NCBI GenBank assembly: GCA_046563655.1
Contig: CM102287.1
Span: forward strand, 434,001 to 498,000
Length of the DNA stretch: 64,000 bases
Direction: 5' to 3'
Source: Yuukianura sp. NJ FZ-2021
Lineage: Eukaryota
Below, in pieces: positions 38,001 to 53,499 of this stretch (position 1 is the first letter of the stretch; the number at the start of each line of letters is the position of its first letter). Made by a program: the position numbers and the translations under genes. The notes beneath the pieces were generated by a model, which had not been told where the DNA came from, did not search any database, and saw only the letters and a list, made by a program, of their open reading frames with translations.

Positions 38001-41000
38001 TCCAATAAAGCACACCTGAATAACTGGTGTTCAACAATAATCTGGAATTATATTTTAGCCCAACTCCACTATGCAACAAGTGCATAAATCTAACTGTCAT
38101 TTTGGTATAAACTAATGTGGGAACTATACAACGAAGTTTTAAACATACTGAAAAGTGGAATTTATGCCTTGTTATCGCTTATAACCATCTGCAAGGAACG
38201 CATGTAATACCGGTCCACTTTGTCGTAGTGCATCAACGACTATTACACACGGTGAACCACTTGTTGTCAGCCTTCATTTTTGAGCACAAAGGAGAAGTGC
38301 CGGTGAAATGACAAGCTCGCCCTCACTACAGATACCAACCAGTACTCATTTTGACACTATGAATCACAATGACTCCGACGGCAATGGAACTTCAGGGGAT
38401 CCCATTATTACATTTTCTAAATCAAAATCGAACATTCAGCATTATTTGTTATTTTGATTAAAATTTTTAGGAAATACTTTTTTATGTCATACTACCACCT
38501 TGCACTTCCAATAAAGCACACCTGAATAACTGGTGTTCAACAATAATCTGGAATTATATTTTAGCCCAACTCCACTATGCAACAAGTGCATAAATCTAAC
38601 TGTCATTTTGGTATAAACTAATGTGGGAACTATACAACGAAGTTTTAAACATACTGAAAAGTGGAATTTATGCCTTGTTATCGCTTATAACCATCTGCAA
38701 GGAACGCATCTAATACCGGTCCACTTTGTCGTAGTGCATCAACGACTATTACACACGGTGAACCACTTGTTGTCAGCCTTCATCTTTGAGCACAAAGGAG
38801 AAGTGCCGGTGAAATGACAAGCTCGCCCTCACTACAGATACCAACCAGTACTCATTTTGACACTATGAATCACAATGACTCCGACGGCAATGGAACTTCA
38901 GGGGATCCCATTATTACATTTTCTAAATCAAAATCGAACATTCAGCATTATTTGTTATTTTGATTAAAATTTTTAGGAAATACTTTTTATGTCATACTAC
39001 CACCTTGCACTTCCAATAAAGCACACCTGAATAACTGGTGTTCAACAATAATCTGGAATTATATTTTAGCCCAACTCCACTATGCAACAAGTGCATAAAT
39101 CTAACTGTCATTTTGGTATAAACTAATGTGGGAACTATACAACGAAGTTTTAAACATACTGAAAAGTGGAATTTATGCCTTGTTATCGCTTATAACCATC
39201 TGCAAGGAACGCATCTAATACCGGTCCACTTTGTCGTAGTGCATCAACGACTATTACACACGGTGAACCACTTGTTGTCAGCCTTCATTTTTGAGCACAA
39301 AGGAGAAGTGCCGGTGAAATGACAAGCTCGCCCTCACTACAGATACCAACCAGTACTCATTTTGACACTATGAATCACAATGACTCCGACGGCAATGGAA
39401 CTTCAGGGGATCCCATTATTACATTTTCTAAATCAAAATCGAACATTCAGCATTATTTGTTATTTTGATTAAAATTTTTAGGAAATAATTTTTTATGTCA
39501 TATTACCACCTTGCACTTCTAATAAAGCACACCTGAATAACTGGTGTTCAACAATAATCTGGAATTATATTTTAGCCCAACTCCACTATGCAACAAGTGC
39601 ATAAATCTAACTGTCATTTTGGTATAAACTAATGTGGGAACTATACAACGAAGTTTTAAACATACTGAAAAGTGGAATTTATGCCTTGTTATCGCTTATA
39701 ACCATCTGCAAGGAACGCATCTAATACCGGTCCACTTTGTCGTAGTGCATCAACGACTATTACACACGGTGAACCACTTGTTGTCAGCCTTCATTTTTGA
39801 GCACAAAGGAGAAGTGCCGGTGAAATGACAAGCTCGCCCTCACTACAGATACCAACCAGTACTCATTTTGACACTATGAATCACAATGACTCCGACGGCA
39901 ATGGAACTTCAGGGGATCCCATTATTACATTTTCTAAATCAAAATCGAACATTCAGCATTATTTGTTATTTTGATTAAAATTTTTAGGAAATACTTTTTT
40001 ATGTCATACTACCACCTTGCACTTCCAATAAAGCACACCTGAATAACTGGTGTTCAACAATAATCTGGAATTATATTTTAGCCCAACTCCACTATGCAAC
40101 AAGTGCATAAATCTAACTGTCATTTTGGTATAAACTAATGTGGGAACTATACAACGAAGTTTTAAACATACTGAAAAGTGGAATTTATGCCTTGTTATCG
40201 CTTATAACCATCTGCAAGGAACGCATCTAATACCGGTCCACTTTGTCGTAGTGCATCAACGACTATTACACACGGTGAACCACTTGTTGTCAGCCTTCAT
40301 TTTTGAGCACAAAGGAGAAGTGCCGGTGAAATGACAAGCTCGCCCTCACTACAGATACCAACCAGTACTCATTTTGACACTATGAATCACAATGACTCCG
40401 ACGGCAATGGAACTTCAGGGGATCCCATTATTACATTTTCTAAATCAAAATCGAACATTCAGCATTATTTGTTATTTTGATTAAAATTTTTAGGAAATAC
40501 TTTTTTATGTCATACTACCACCTTGCACTTCCAATAAAGCACACCTGAATAACTGGTGTTCAACAATAATCTGGAATTATATTTTAGCCCAACTCCACTA
40601 TGCAACAAGTGCATAAATCTAACTGTCATTTTGGTATAAACTAATGTGGGAACTATACAACGAAGTTTTAAACATACTGAAAAGTGGAATTTATGCCTTG
40701 TTATCGCTTATAACCATCTGCAAGGAACGCATCTAATACCGGTCCACTTTGTCGTAGTGCATCAACGACTATTACACACGGTGAACCACTTGTTGTCAGC
40801 CTTCATCTTTGAGCACAAAGGAGAAGTGCCGGTGAAATGACAAGCTCGCCCTCACTACAGATACCAACCAGTACTCATTTTGACACTATGAATCACAATG
40901 ACTCCGACGGCAATGGAACTTCAGGGGATCCCATTATTACATTTTCTAAATCAAAATCGAACATTCAGCATTATTTGTTATTTTGATTAAAATTTTTAGG

Positions 41001-44000
41001 AAATACTTTTTATGTCATACTACCACCTTGCACTTCCAATAAAGCACACCTGAATAACTGGTGTTCAACAATAATCTGGAATTATATTTTAGCCCAACTC
41101 CACTATGCAACAAGTGCATAAATCTAACTGTCATTTTGGTATAAACTAATGTGGGAACTATACAACGAAGTTTTAAACATACTGAAAAGTGGAATTTATG
41201 CCTTGTTATCGCTTATAACCATCTGCAAGGAACGCATCTAATACCGGTCCACTTTGTCGTAGTGCATCAACGACTATTACACACGGTGAACCACTTGTTG
41301 TCAGCCTTCATTTTTGAGCACAAAGGAGAAGTGCCGGTGAAATGACAAGCTCGCCCTCACTACAGATACCAACCAGTACTCATTTTGACACTATGAATCA
41401 CAATGACTCCGACGGCAATGGAACTTCAGGGGATCCCATTATTACATTTTCTAAATCAAAATCGAACATTCAGCATTATTTGTTATTTTGATTAAAATTT
41501 TTAGGAAATACTTTTTTATGTCATACTACCACCTTGCACTTAAAATAAAGCACACCTGAATAACTGGTGTTCAACAATAATCTGGAATTATATTTTAGCC
41601 CAACTCCACTATGCAACAAGTGCATAAATCTAACTGTCATTTTGGTATAAACTAATGTGGGAACTATACAACGAAGTTTTAAACATACTGAAAAGTGGAA
41701 TTTATGCCTTGTTATCGCTTATAACCATCTGCAAGGAACGCATCTAATACCGGTCCACTTTGTCGTAGTGCATCAACGACTATTACACACGGTGAACCAC
41801 TTGTTGTCAGCCTTCATTTTTGAGCACAAAGGAGAAGTGCCGGTGAAATGACAAGCTCGCCCTCACTACAGATACCAACCAGTACTCATTTTGACACTAT
41901 GAATCACAATGACTCCGACGGCAATGGAACTTCAGGGGATCCCATTATTACATTTTCTAAATCAAAATCGAACATTCAGCATTATTTGTTATTTTGATTA
42001 AAATTTTTAGGAAATACTTTTTTATGTCATACTACCACCTTGCACTTCCAATAAAGCACACCTGAATAACTGGTGTTCAACAATAATCTGGAATTATATT
42101 TTAGCCCAACTCCACTATGCAACAAGTGCATAAATCTAACTGTCATTTTGGTATAAACTAATGTGGGAACTATACAACGAAGTTTTAAACATACTGAAAA
42201 GTGGAATTTATGCCTTGTTATCGCTTATAACCATCTTCATGGAACGCATCTAATACCGGTCCACTTTGTCGTAGTGCATCAACGACTATTACACACGGTG
42301 AACCACTTGTTGTCAGCCTTCATCTTTGAGCACAAAGGAGAAGTGCCGGTGAAATGACAAGCTCGCCCTCACTACAGATACCAACCAGTACTCATTTTGA
42401 CACTATGAATCACAATGACTCCGACGGCAATGGAACTTCAGGGGTTCCCATTATTACATTTTCTAAATCAAAATCGAACATTCAGCATTATTTGTTATTT
42501 TGATTAAAATTTTTAGGAAATACTTTTTATGTCATACTACCACCTTGCACTTCCAATAAAGCACACCTGAATAACTGGTGTTCAACAATAATCTGGAATT
42601 ATATTTTAGCCCAACTCCACTATGCAACAAGTGCATAAATCTAACTGTCATTTTGGTATAAACTAATGTGGGAACTATACAACGAAGTTTTAAACATACT
42701 GAAAAGTGGAATTTATGCCTTGTTATCGCTTATAACCATCTGCAAGGAACGCATCTAATACCGGTCCACTTTGTCGTAGTGCATCAACGACTATTACACA
42801 CGGTGAACCACTTGTTGTCAGCCTTCATTTTTGAGCACAAAGGAGAAGTGCCGGTGAAATGACAAGCTCGCCCTCACTACAGATACCAACCAGTACTCAT
42901 TTTGACACTACGAATCACAATGACTCCGACGGCAATGGAACTTCAGGGGATCCCATTATTACATTTTCTAAATCAAAATCGAACATTCAGCATTATTTGT
43001 TATTTTGATTAAAATTTTTAGGAAATACTTTTTTATGTCATACTACCACCTTGCACTTCCAATAAAGCACACCTGAATAACTGGTGTTCAACAATAATCT
43101 GGAATTATATTTTAGCCCAACTCCACTATGCAACAAGTGCATAAATCTAACTGTCATTTTGGTATAAACTAATGTGGGAACTATACAACGAAGTTTTAAA
43201 CATACTGAAAAGTGGAATTTATGCCTTGTTATCGCTTATAACCATCTGCAAGGAACGCATCTAATACCGGTCCACTTTGTCGTAGTGCATCAACGACTAT
43301 TACACACGGTGAACCACTTGTTGTCAGCCTTCATTTTTGAGCACCAAGGAGAAGTGCCGGTGAAATTACAAGCTCGCCCTCACTACAGATACCAACCAGT
43401 ACTCATTTTGACACTATGAATCACAATGACTCCGACGGCAATGGAACTTCAGGGGTTCCCATTATTACATTTTCTAAATCAAAATCGAACATTCAGCATT
43501 ATTTGTTATTTTGATTAAAATTTTTAGGAAATACTTTTTTATGTCATACTACCACCTTGCACTTCCAATAAAGCACACCTGAATAACTGGTGTTCAACAA
43601 TAATCTGGAATTATATTTTAGCCCAACTCCACTATGCAACAAGTGCATAAATCTAACTGTCATTTTGGTATAAACTAATGTGGGAACTATACAACGAAGT
43701 TTTAAACATACTGAAAAGTGGAATTTATGCCTTGTTATCGCTTATAACCATCTGCAAGGAACGAATCTAATACCGGTCCACTTTGTCGTAGTGCATCAAC
43801 GACTATTACACACGGTGAACCACTTGTTGTCAGCCTTCATTTTTGAGCACAAAGGAGAAGTGCCGGTGAAATGACAAGCTCGCCCTCACTACAGATACCA
43901 ACCAGTACTCATTTTGACACTACGAATCACAATGACTCCGACGGCAATGGAACTTCAGGGGATCCCATTATTACATTTTCTAAATCAAAATCGAACATTC

Positions 44001-47000
44001 AGCATTATTTGTTATTTTGATTAAAATTTTTAGGAAATACTTTTTTATGTCATACTACCACCTTGCACTTCCAATAAAGCACACCTGAATAACTGGTGTT
44101 CAACAATAATCTGGAATTATATTTTAGCCCAACTCCACTATGCAACAAGTGCATAAATCTAACTGTCATTTTGGTATAAACTAATGTGGGAACTATACAA
44201 CGAAGTTTTAAACATACTGAAAAGTGGAATTTATGCCTTGTTATCGCTTATAACCATCTGCAAGGAACGCATCTAATACCGGTCCACTTTGTCGTAGTGC
44301 ATCAACGACTATTACACACGGTGAACCACTTGTTGTCAGCCTTCATCTTTGAGCACCAAGGAGAAGTGCCGGTGAAATGACAAGCTCGCCCTCACTACAG
44401 ATACCAACCAGTACTCATTTTGACACTATGAATCACAATGACTCCGACGGCAATGGAACTTCAGGGGTTCCCATTATTACATTTTCTAAATCAAAATCGA
44501 ACATTCAGCATTATTTGTTATTTTGATTAAAATTTTTAGGAAATACTTTTTTATGTCATACTACCACCTTGCACTTCCAATAAAGCACACCTGAATAACT
44601 GGTGTTCAACAATAATCTGGAATTATATTTTAGCCCAACTCCACTATGCAACAAGTGCATAAATCTAACTGTCATTTTGGTATAAACTAATGTGGGAACT
44701 ATACAACGAAGTTTTAAACATACTGAAAAGTGGAATTTATGCCTTGTTATCGCTTATAACCATCTGCAAGGAACGCATCTAATACCGGTCCACTTTGTCG
44801 TAGTGCATCAACGACTATTACACACGGTGAACCACTTGTTGTCAGCCTTCATTTTTGAGCACAAAGGAGAAGTGCCGGTGAAATGACAAGCTCGCCCTCA
44901 CTACAGATACCAACCAGTACTCATTTTGACACTATGAATCACAATGACTCCGACGGCAATGGAACTTCAGGGGATCCCATTATTACATTTTCTAAATCAA
45001 AATCGAACATTCAGCATTATTTGTTATTTTGATTAAAATTTTTAGGAAATACTTTTTTATGTCATACTACCACCTTGCACTTCCAATAAAGCACACCTGA
45101 ATAACTGGTGTTCAACAATAATCTGGAATTATATTTTAGCCCAACTCCACTATGCAACAAGTGCATAAATCTAACTGTCATTTTGGTATAAACTAATGTG
45201 GGAACTATACAACGAAGTTTTAAACATACTGAAAAGTGGAATTTATGCCTTGTTATCGCTTATAACCATCTTCATGGAACGCATCTAATACCGGTCCACT
45301 TTGTCGTAGTGCATCAACGACTATTACACACGGTGAACCACTTGTTGTCAGCCTTCATCTTTGAGCACAAAGGAGAAGTGCCGGTGAAATTACAAGCTCG
45401 CCCTCACTACAGATACCAACCAGTACTCATTTTGACACTATGAATCACAATGACTCCGACGGCAATGGAACTTCAGGGGTTCCCATTATTACATTTTCTA
45501 AATCAAAATCGAACATTCAGCATTATTTGTTATTTTGATTAAAATTTTTAGGAAATACTTTTTTATGTCATACTACCACCTTGCACTTCCAATAAAGCAC
45601 ACCTGAATAACTGGTGTTCAACAATAATCTGGAATTATATTTTAGCCCAACTCCACTATGCAACAAGTGCATAAATCTAACTGTCATTTTGGTATAAACT
45701 AATGTGGGAACTATACAACGAAGTTTTAAACATACTGAAAAGTGGAATTTATGCCTTGTTATCGCTTATAACCATCTGCAAGGAACGCATCTAATACCGG
45801 TCCACTTTGTCGTAGTGCATCAACGACTATTACACACGGTGAACCACTTGTTGTCAGCCTTCATTTTTGAGCACAAAGGAGAAGTGCCGGTGAAATGACA
45901 AGCTCGCCCTCACTACAGATACCAACCAGTACTCATTTTGACACTATGAATCACAATGACTCCGACGGCAATGGAACTTCAGGGGATCCCATTATTACAT
46001 TTTCTAAATCAAAATCGAACATTCAGCATTATTTGTTATTTTGATTAAAATTTTTAGGAAATACTTTTTTATGTCATACTACCACCTTGCACTTCCAATA
46101 AAGCACACCTGAATAACTGGTGTTCAACAATAATCTGGAATTATATTTTAGCCCAACTCCACTATGCAACAAGTGCATAAATCTAACTGTCATTTTGGTA
46201 TAAACTAATGTGGGAACTATACAACGAAGTTTTAAACATACTGAAAAATGGAATTTATGCCTTGTTATCGCTTATAACCATCTTCATGGAACGCATCTAA
46301 TACCGGTCCACTTTGTCGTAGTGCATCAACGACTATTACACACGGTGAACCACTTGTTGTCAGCCTTCATTTTTGAGCACAAAGGAGAAGTGCCGGTGAA
46401 ATGACAAGCTCGCCCTCACTACAGATACCAACCAGTACTCATTTTGACACTACGAATCACAATGACTCCGACGGCAATGGAACTTCAGGGGATCCCATTA
46501 TTACATTTTCTAAATCAAAATCGAACATTCAGCATTATTTGTTATTTTGATTAAAATTTTTAGGAAATACTTTTTTATGTCATACTACCACCTTGCACTT
46601 CCAATAAAGCACACCTGAATAACTGGTGTTCAACAATAATCTGGAATTATATTTTAGCCCAACTCCACTATGCAACAAGTGCATAAATCTAACTGTCATT
46701 TTGGTATAAACTAATGTGGGAACTATACAACGAAGTTTTAAACATACTGAAAAGTGGAATTTATGCCTTGTTATCGCTTATAACCATCTGCAAGGAACGC
46801 ATCTAATACCGGTCCACTTTGTCGTAGTGCATCAACGACTATTACACACGGTGAACCACTTGTTGTCAGCCTTCATTTTTGAGCACAAAGGAGAAGTGCC
46901 GGTGAAATGACAAGCTCGCCCTCACTACAGATACCAACCAGTACTCATTTTGACACTATGAATCACAATGACTCCGACGGCAATGGAACTTCAGGGGATC

Positions 47001-50000
47001 CCATTATTACATTTTCTAAATCAAAATCGAACATTCAGCATTATTTGTTATTTTGATTAAAATTTTTAGGAAATACTTTTTTATGTCATACTAGCACCTT
47101 GCACTTAAAATAAAGCACACCTGAATAACTGGTGTTCAACAATAATCTGGAATTATATTTTAGCCCAACTCCACTATGCAACAAGTGCATAAATCTAACT
47201 GTCATTTTGGTATAAACTAATGTGGGAACTATACAACGAAGTTTTAAACATACTGAAAAGTGGAATTTATGCCTTGTTATCGCTTATAACCATCTGCAAG
47301 GAACGCATCTAATACCGGTCCACTTTGTCGTAGTGCATCAACGACTATTACACACGGTGAACCACTTGTTGTCAGCCTTCATTTTTGAGCACAAAGGAGA
47401 AGTGCCGGTGAAATGACAAGCTCGCCCTCACTACAGATACCAACCAGTACTCATTTTGACACTACGAATCACAATGACTCCGACGGCAATGGAACTTCAG
47501 GGGATCCCATTATTACATTTTCTAAATCAAAATCGAACATTCAGCATTATTTGTTATTTTGATTAAAATTTTTAGGAAATACTTTTTTATGTCATACTAG
47601 CACCTTGCACTTAAAATAAAGCACACCTGAATAACTGGTGTTCAACAATAATCTGGAATGATATTTTAGCCCAACTCCACTATGCAACAAGTGCATAAAT
47701 CTAACTGTCATTTTGGTATAAACTAATGTGGGAACTATACAACGAAGTTTTAAACATACTGAAAAGTGGAATTTATGCCTTGTTATCGCTTATAACCATC
47801 TGCAAGGAACGCATCTAATACCGGTCCACTTTGTCGTAGTGCATCAACGACTATTACACACGGTGAACCACTTGTTGTCAGCCTTCATCTTTGAGCACCA
47901 AGGAGAAGTGCCGGTGAAATTACAAGCTCGCCCTCACTACAGATACCAACCAGTACTCATTTTGACACTATGAATCACAATGACTCCGACGGCAATGGAA
48001 CTTCAGGGGTTCCCATTATTACATTTTCTAAATCAAAATCGAACATTCAGCATTATTTGTTATTTTGATTAAAATTTTTAGGAAATACTTTTTTATGTCA
48101 TACTACCACCTTGCACTTCCAATAAAGCACACCTGAATAACTGGTGTTCAACAATAATCTGGAATTATATTTTAGCCCAACTCCACTATGCAACAAGTGC
48201 ATAAATCTAACTGTCATTTTGGTATAAACTAATGTGGGAACTATACAACGAAGTTTTAAACATACTGAAAAGTGGAATTTATGCCTTGTTATCGCTTATA
48301 ACCATCTGCAAGGAACGCATCTAATACCGGTCCACTTTGTCGTAGTGCATCAACGACTATTACACACGGTGAACCACTTGTTGTCAGCCTTCATTTTTGA
48401 GCACAAAGGAGAAGTGCCGGTGAAATGACAAGCTCGCCCTCACTACAGATACCAACCAGTACTCATTTTGACACTATGAATCACAATGACTCCGACGGCA
48501 ATGGAACTTCAGGGGATCCCATTATTACATTTTCTAAATCAAAATCGAACATTCAGCATTATTTGTTATTTTGATTAAAATTTTTAGGAAATACTTTTTT
48601 ATGTCATAGAACCACCTTGCACTTAAAATAAAGCACACCTGAATAACTGGTGTTCAACAATAATCTGGAATTATATTTTAGCCCAACTCCACTATGCAAC
48701 AAGTGCATAAATCTAACTGTCATTTTGGTATAAACTAATGTGGGAACTATACAACGAAGTTTTAAACATACTGAAAAGTGGAATTTATGCCTTGTTATCG
48801 CTTATAACCATCTGCAAGGAACGCATCTAATACCGGTCCACTTTGTCGTAGTGCATCAACGACTATTACACACGGTGAACCACTTGTTGTCAGCCTTCAT
48901 TTTTGAGCACAAAGGAGAAGTGCCGGTGAAATGACAAGCTCGCCCTCACTACAGATACCAACCAGTACTCATTTTGACACTATGAATCACAATGACTCCG
49001 ACGGCAATGGAACTTCAGGGGATCCCATTATTACATTTTCTAAATCAAAATCGAACATTCAGCATTATTTGTTATTTTGATTAAAATTTTTAGGAAATAC
49101 TTTTTTATGTCATACTAGCACCTTGCACTTAAAATAAAGCACACCTGAATAACTGGTGTTCAACAATAATCTGGAATTATATTTTAGCCCAACTCCACTA
49201 TGCAACAAGTGCATAAATCTAACTGTCATTTTGGTATAAACTAATGTGGGAACTATACAACGAAGTTTTAAACATACTGAAAAGTGGAATTTATGCCTTG
49301 TTATCGCTTATAACCATCTGCAAGGAACGCATCTAATACCGGTCCACTTTGTCGTAGTGCATCAACGACTATTACACACGGTGAACCACTTGTTGTCAGC
49401 CTTCAACTTTGAGCACCAAAGGAGAAGTGCCGGTGAAATGACAAGCTCGCCCTCACTACAGATACCAACCAGTACTCATTTTGACACTACGAATCACAAT
49501 GACTCCGACGGCAATGGAACTTCAGGGGATCCCATTATTACATTTTCTAAATCAAAATCGAACATTCAGCATTATTTGTTATTTTGATTAAAATTTTTAG
49601 GAAATACTTTTTTATGTCATACTAGCACCTTGCACTTAAAATAAAGCACACCTGAATAACTGGTGTTCAACAATAATCTGGAATGATATTTTAGCCCAAC
49701 TCCACTATGCAACAAGTGCATAAATCTAACTGTCATTTTGGTATAAACTAATGTGGGAACTATACAACGAAGTTTTAAACATACTGAAAAGTGGAATTTA
49801 TGCCTTGTTATCGCTTATAGCCATCTGCAAGGAACGCATCTAATACCGGTCCACTTTGTCGTAGTGCATCAACGACTATTACACACGGTGAACCACTTGT
49901 TGTCAGCCTTCATCTTTGAGCACCAAGGAGAAGTGCCGGTGAAATGACAAGCTCGCCCTCACTACAGATACCAACCAGTACTCATTTTGACACTATGAAT

Positions 50001-53000
50001 CACAATGACTCCGACGGCAATGGAACTTCAGGGGTTCCCATTATTACATTTTCTAAATCAAAATCGAACATTCAGCATTATTTGTTATTTTGATTAAAAT
50101 TTTTAGGAAATACTTTTTTATGTCATACTACCACCTTGCACTTCCAATAAAGCACACCTGAATAACTGGTGTTCAACAATAATCTGGAATTATATTTTAG
50201 CCCAACTCCACTATGCAACAAGTGCATAAATCTAACTGTCATTTTGGTATAAACTAATGTGGGAACTATACAACGAAGTTTTAAACATACTGAAAAATGG
50301 AATTTATGCCTTGTTATCGCTTATAACCATCTTCATGGAACGCATCTAATACCGGTCCACTTTGTCGTAGTGCATCAACGACTATTACACACGGTGAACC
50401 ACTTGTTGTCAGCCTTCATTTTTGAGCACAAAGGAGAAGTGCCGGTGAAATGACAAGCTCGCCCTCACTACAGATACCAACCAGTACTCATTTTGACACT
50501 ACGAATCACAATGACTCCGACGGCAATGGAACTTCAGGGGATCCCATTATTACATTTTCTAAATCAAAATCGAACATTCAGCATTATTTGTTATTTTGAT
50601 TAAAATTTTTAGGAAATACTTTTTTATGTCATACTACCACCTTGCACTTCCAATAAAGCACACCTGAATAACTGGTGTTCAACAATAATCTGGAATTATA
50701 TTTTAGCCCAACTCCACTATGCAACAAGTGCATAAATCTAACTGTCATTTTGGTATAAACTAATGTGGGAACTATACAACGAAGTTTTAAACATACTGAA
50801 AAGTGGAATTTATGCCTTGTTATCGCTTATAACCATCTGCAAGGAACGCATCTAATACCGGCCCACTTTGTCGTAGTGAATCAACGACTATTACACACGG
50901 TGAACCACTTGTTGTCAGCCTTCATTTTTGAGCACAAAGAAGTGCCGGTGAAATGACAAGCTCGCCCTCACTACAGATACCAACCAGTACTCATTTTGAC
51001 ACTATGAATCACAATGACTCCGACGGCAATGGAACTTCAGGGGATCCCATTATTACATTTTCTAAATCAAAATCGAACATTCAGCATTATTTGTTATTTT
51101 GATTAAAATTTTTAGGAAATACTTTTTTATGTCATACTAGCACCTTGCACTTAAAATAAAGCACACCTGAATAACTGGTGTTCAACAATAATCTGGAATT
51201 ATATTTTAGCCCAACTCCACTATGCAACAAGTGCATAAATCTAACTGTCATTTTGGTATAAACTAATGTGGGAACTATACAACGAAGTTTTAAACATACT
51301 GAAAAGTGGAATTTATGCCTTGTTATCGCTTATAACCATCTGCAAGGAACGCATCTAATACCGGTCCACTTTGTCGTAGTGCATCAACGACTATTACACA
51401 CGGTGAACCACTTGTTGTCAGCCTTCATTTTTGAGCACAAAGGAGAAGTGCCGGTGAAATGACAAGCTCGCCCTCACTACAGATACCAACCAGTACTCAT
51501 TTTGACACTACGAATCACAATGACTCCGACGGCAATGGAACTTCAGGGGATCCCATTATTACATTTTCTAAATCAAAATCGAACATTCAGCATTATTTGT
51601 TATTTTGATTAAAATTTTTAGGAAATACTTTTTTATGTCATACTAGCACCTTGCACTTAAAATAAAGCACACCTGAATAACTGGTGTTCAACAATAATCT
51701 GGAATGATATTTTAGCCCAACTCCACTATGCAACAAGTGCATAAATCTAACTGTCATTTTGGTATAAACTAATGTGGGAACTATACAACGAAGTTTTAAA
51801 CATACTGAAAAGTGGAATTTATGCCTTGTTATCGCTTATAGCCATCTGCAAGGAACGCATCTAATACCGGTCCACTTTGTCGTAGTGCATCAACGACTAT
51901 TACACACGGTGAACCACTTGTTGTCAGCCTTCATCTTTGAGCACCAAGGAGAAGTGCCGGTGAAATGACAAGCTCGCCCTCACTACAGATACCAACCAGT
52001 ACTCATTTTGACACTACGAATCACAATGACTCCGACGGCAATGGAACTTCAGGGGATCCCATTATTACATTTTCTAAATCAAAATCGAACATTCAGCATT
52101 ATTTGTTATTTTGATTAAAATTTTTAGGAAATACTTTTTTATGTCATACTAGCACCTTGCACTTAAAATAAAGCACACCTGAATAACTGGTGTTCAACAA
52201 TAATCTGGAATGATATTTTAGCCCAACTCCACTATGCAACAAGTGCATAAATCTAACTGTCATTTTGGTATAAACTAATGTGGGAACTATACAACGAAGT
52301 TTTAAACATACTGAAAAGTGGAATTTATGCCTTGTTATCGCTTATAGCCATCTGCAAGGAACGCATCTAATACCGGTCCACTTTGTCGTAGTGCATCAAC
52401 GACTATTACACACGGTGAACCACTTGTTGTCAGCCTTCATCTTTGAGCACCAAGGAGAAGTGCCGGTGAAATTACAAGCTCGCCCTCACTACAGATACCA
52501 ACCAGTACTCATTTTGACACTATGAATCACAATGACTCCGACGGCAATGGAACTTCAGGGGTTCCCATTATTACATTTTCTAAATCAAAATCGAACATTC
52601 AGCATTATTTGTTATTTTGATTAAAATTTTTAGGAAATACTTTTTTATGTCATACTAGCACCTTGCACTTAAAATAAAGCACACCTGAATAACTGGTGTT
52701 CAACAATAATCTGGAATGATATTTTAGCCCAACTCCACTATGCAACAAGTGCATAAATCTAACTGTCATTTTGGTATAAACTAATGTGGGAACTATACAA
52801 CGAAGTTTTAAACATACTGAAAAGTGGAATTTATGCCTTGTTATCGCTTATAGCCATCTGCAAGGAACGCATCTAATACCGGTCCACTTTGTCGTAGTGC
52901 ATCAACGACTATTACACACGGTGAACCACTTGTTGTCAGCCTTCATCTTTGAGCACCAAGGAGAAGTGCCGGTGAAATTACAAGCTCGCCCTCACTACAG

Positions 53001-53499
53001 ATACCAACCAGTACTCATTTTGACACTATGAATCACAATGACTCCGACGGCAATGGAACTTCAGGGGTTCCCATTATTACATTTTCTAAATCAAAATCGA
53101 ACATTCAGCATTATTTGTTATTTTGATTAAAATTTTTAGGAAATACTTTTTTATGTCATACTAGCACCTTGCACTTAAAATAAAGCACACCTGAATAACT
53201 GGTGTTCAACAATAATCTGGAATGATATTTTAGCCCAACTCCACTATGCAACAAGTGCATAAATCTAACTGTCATTTTGGTATAAACTAATGTGGGAACT
53301 ATACAACGAAGTTTTAAACATACTGAAAAGTGGAATTTATGCCTTGTTATCGCTTATAGCCATCTGCAAGGAACGCATCTAATACCGGTCCACTTTGTCG
53401 TAGTGCATCAACGACTATTACACACGGTGAACCACTTGTTGTCAGCCTTCATCTTTGAGCACCAAGGAGAAGTGCCGGTGAAATTACAAGCTCGCCCTC
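35004..53499. repeat. ~506-bp tandem satellite, block 3 (~36.5 monomers)
   Basis: Period 503-507 bp, in register after the TSD. Confidence 0.99.
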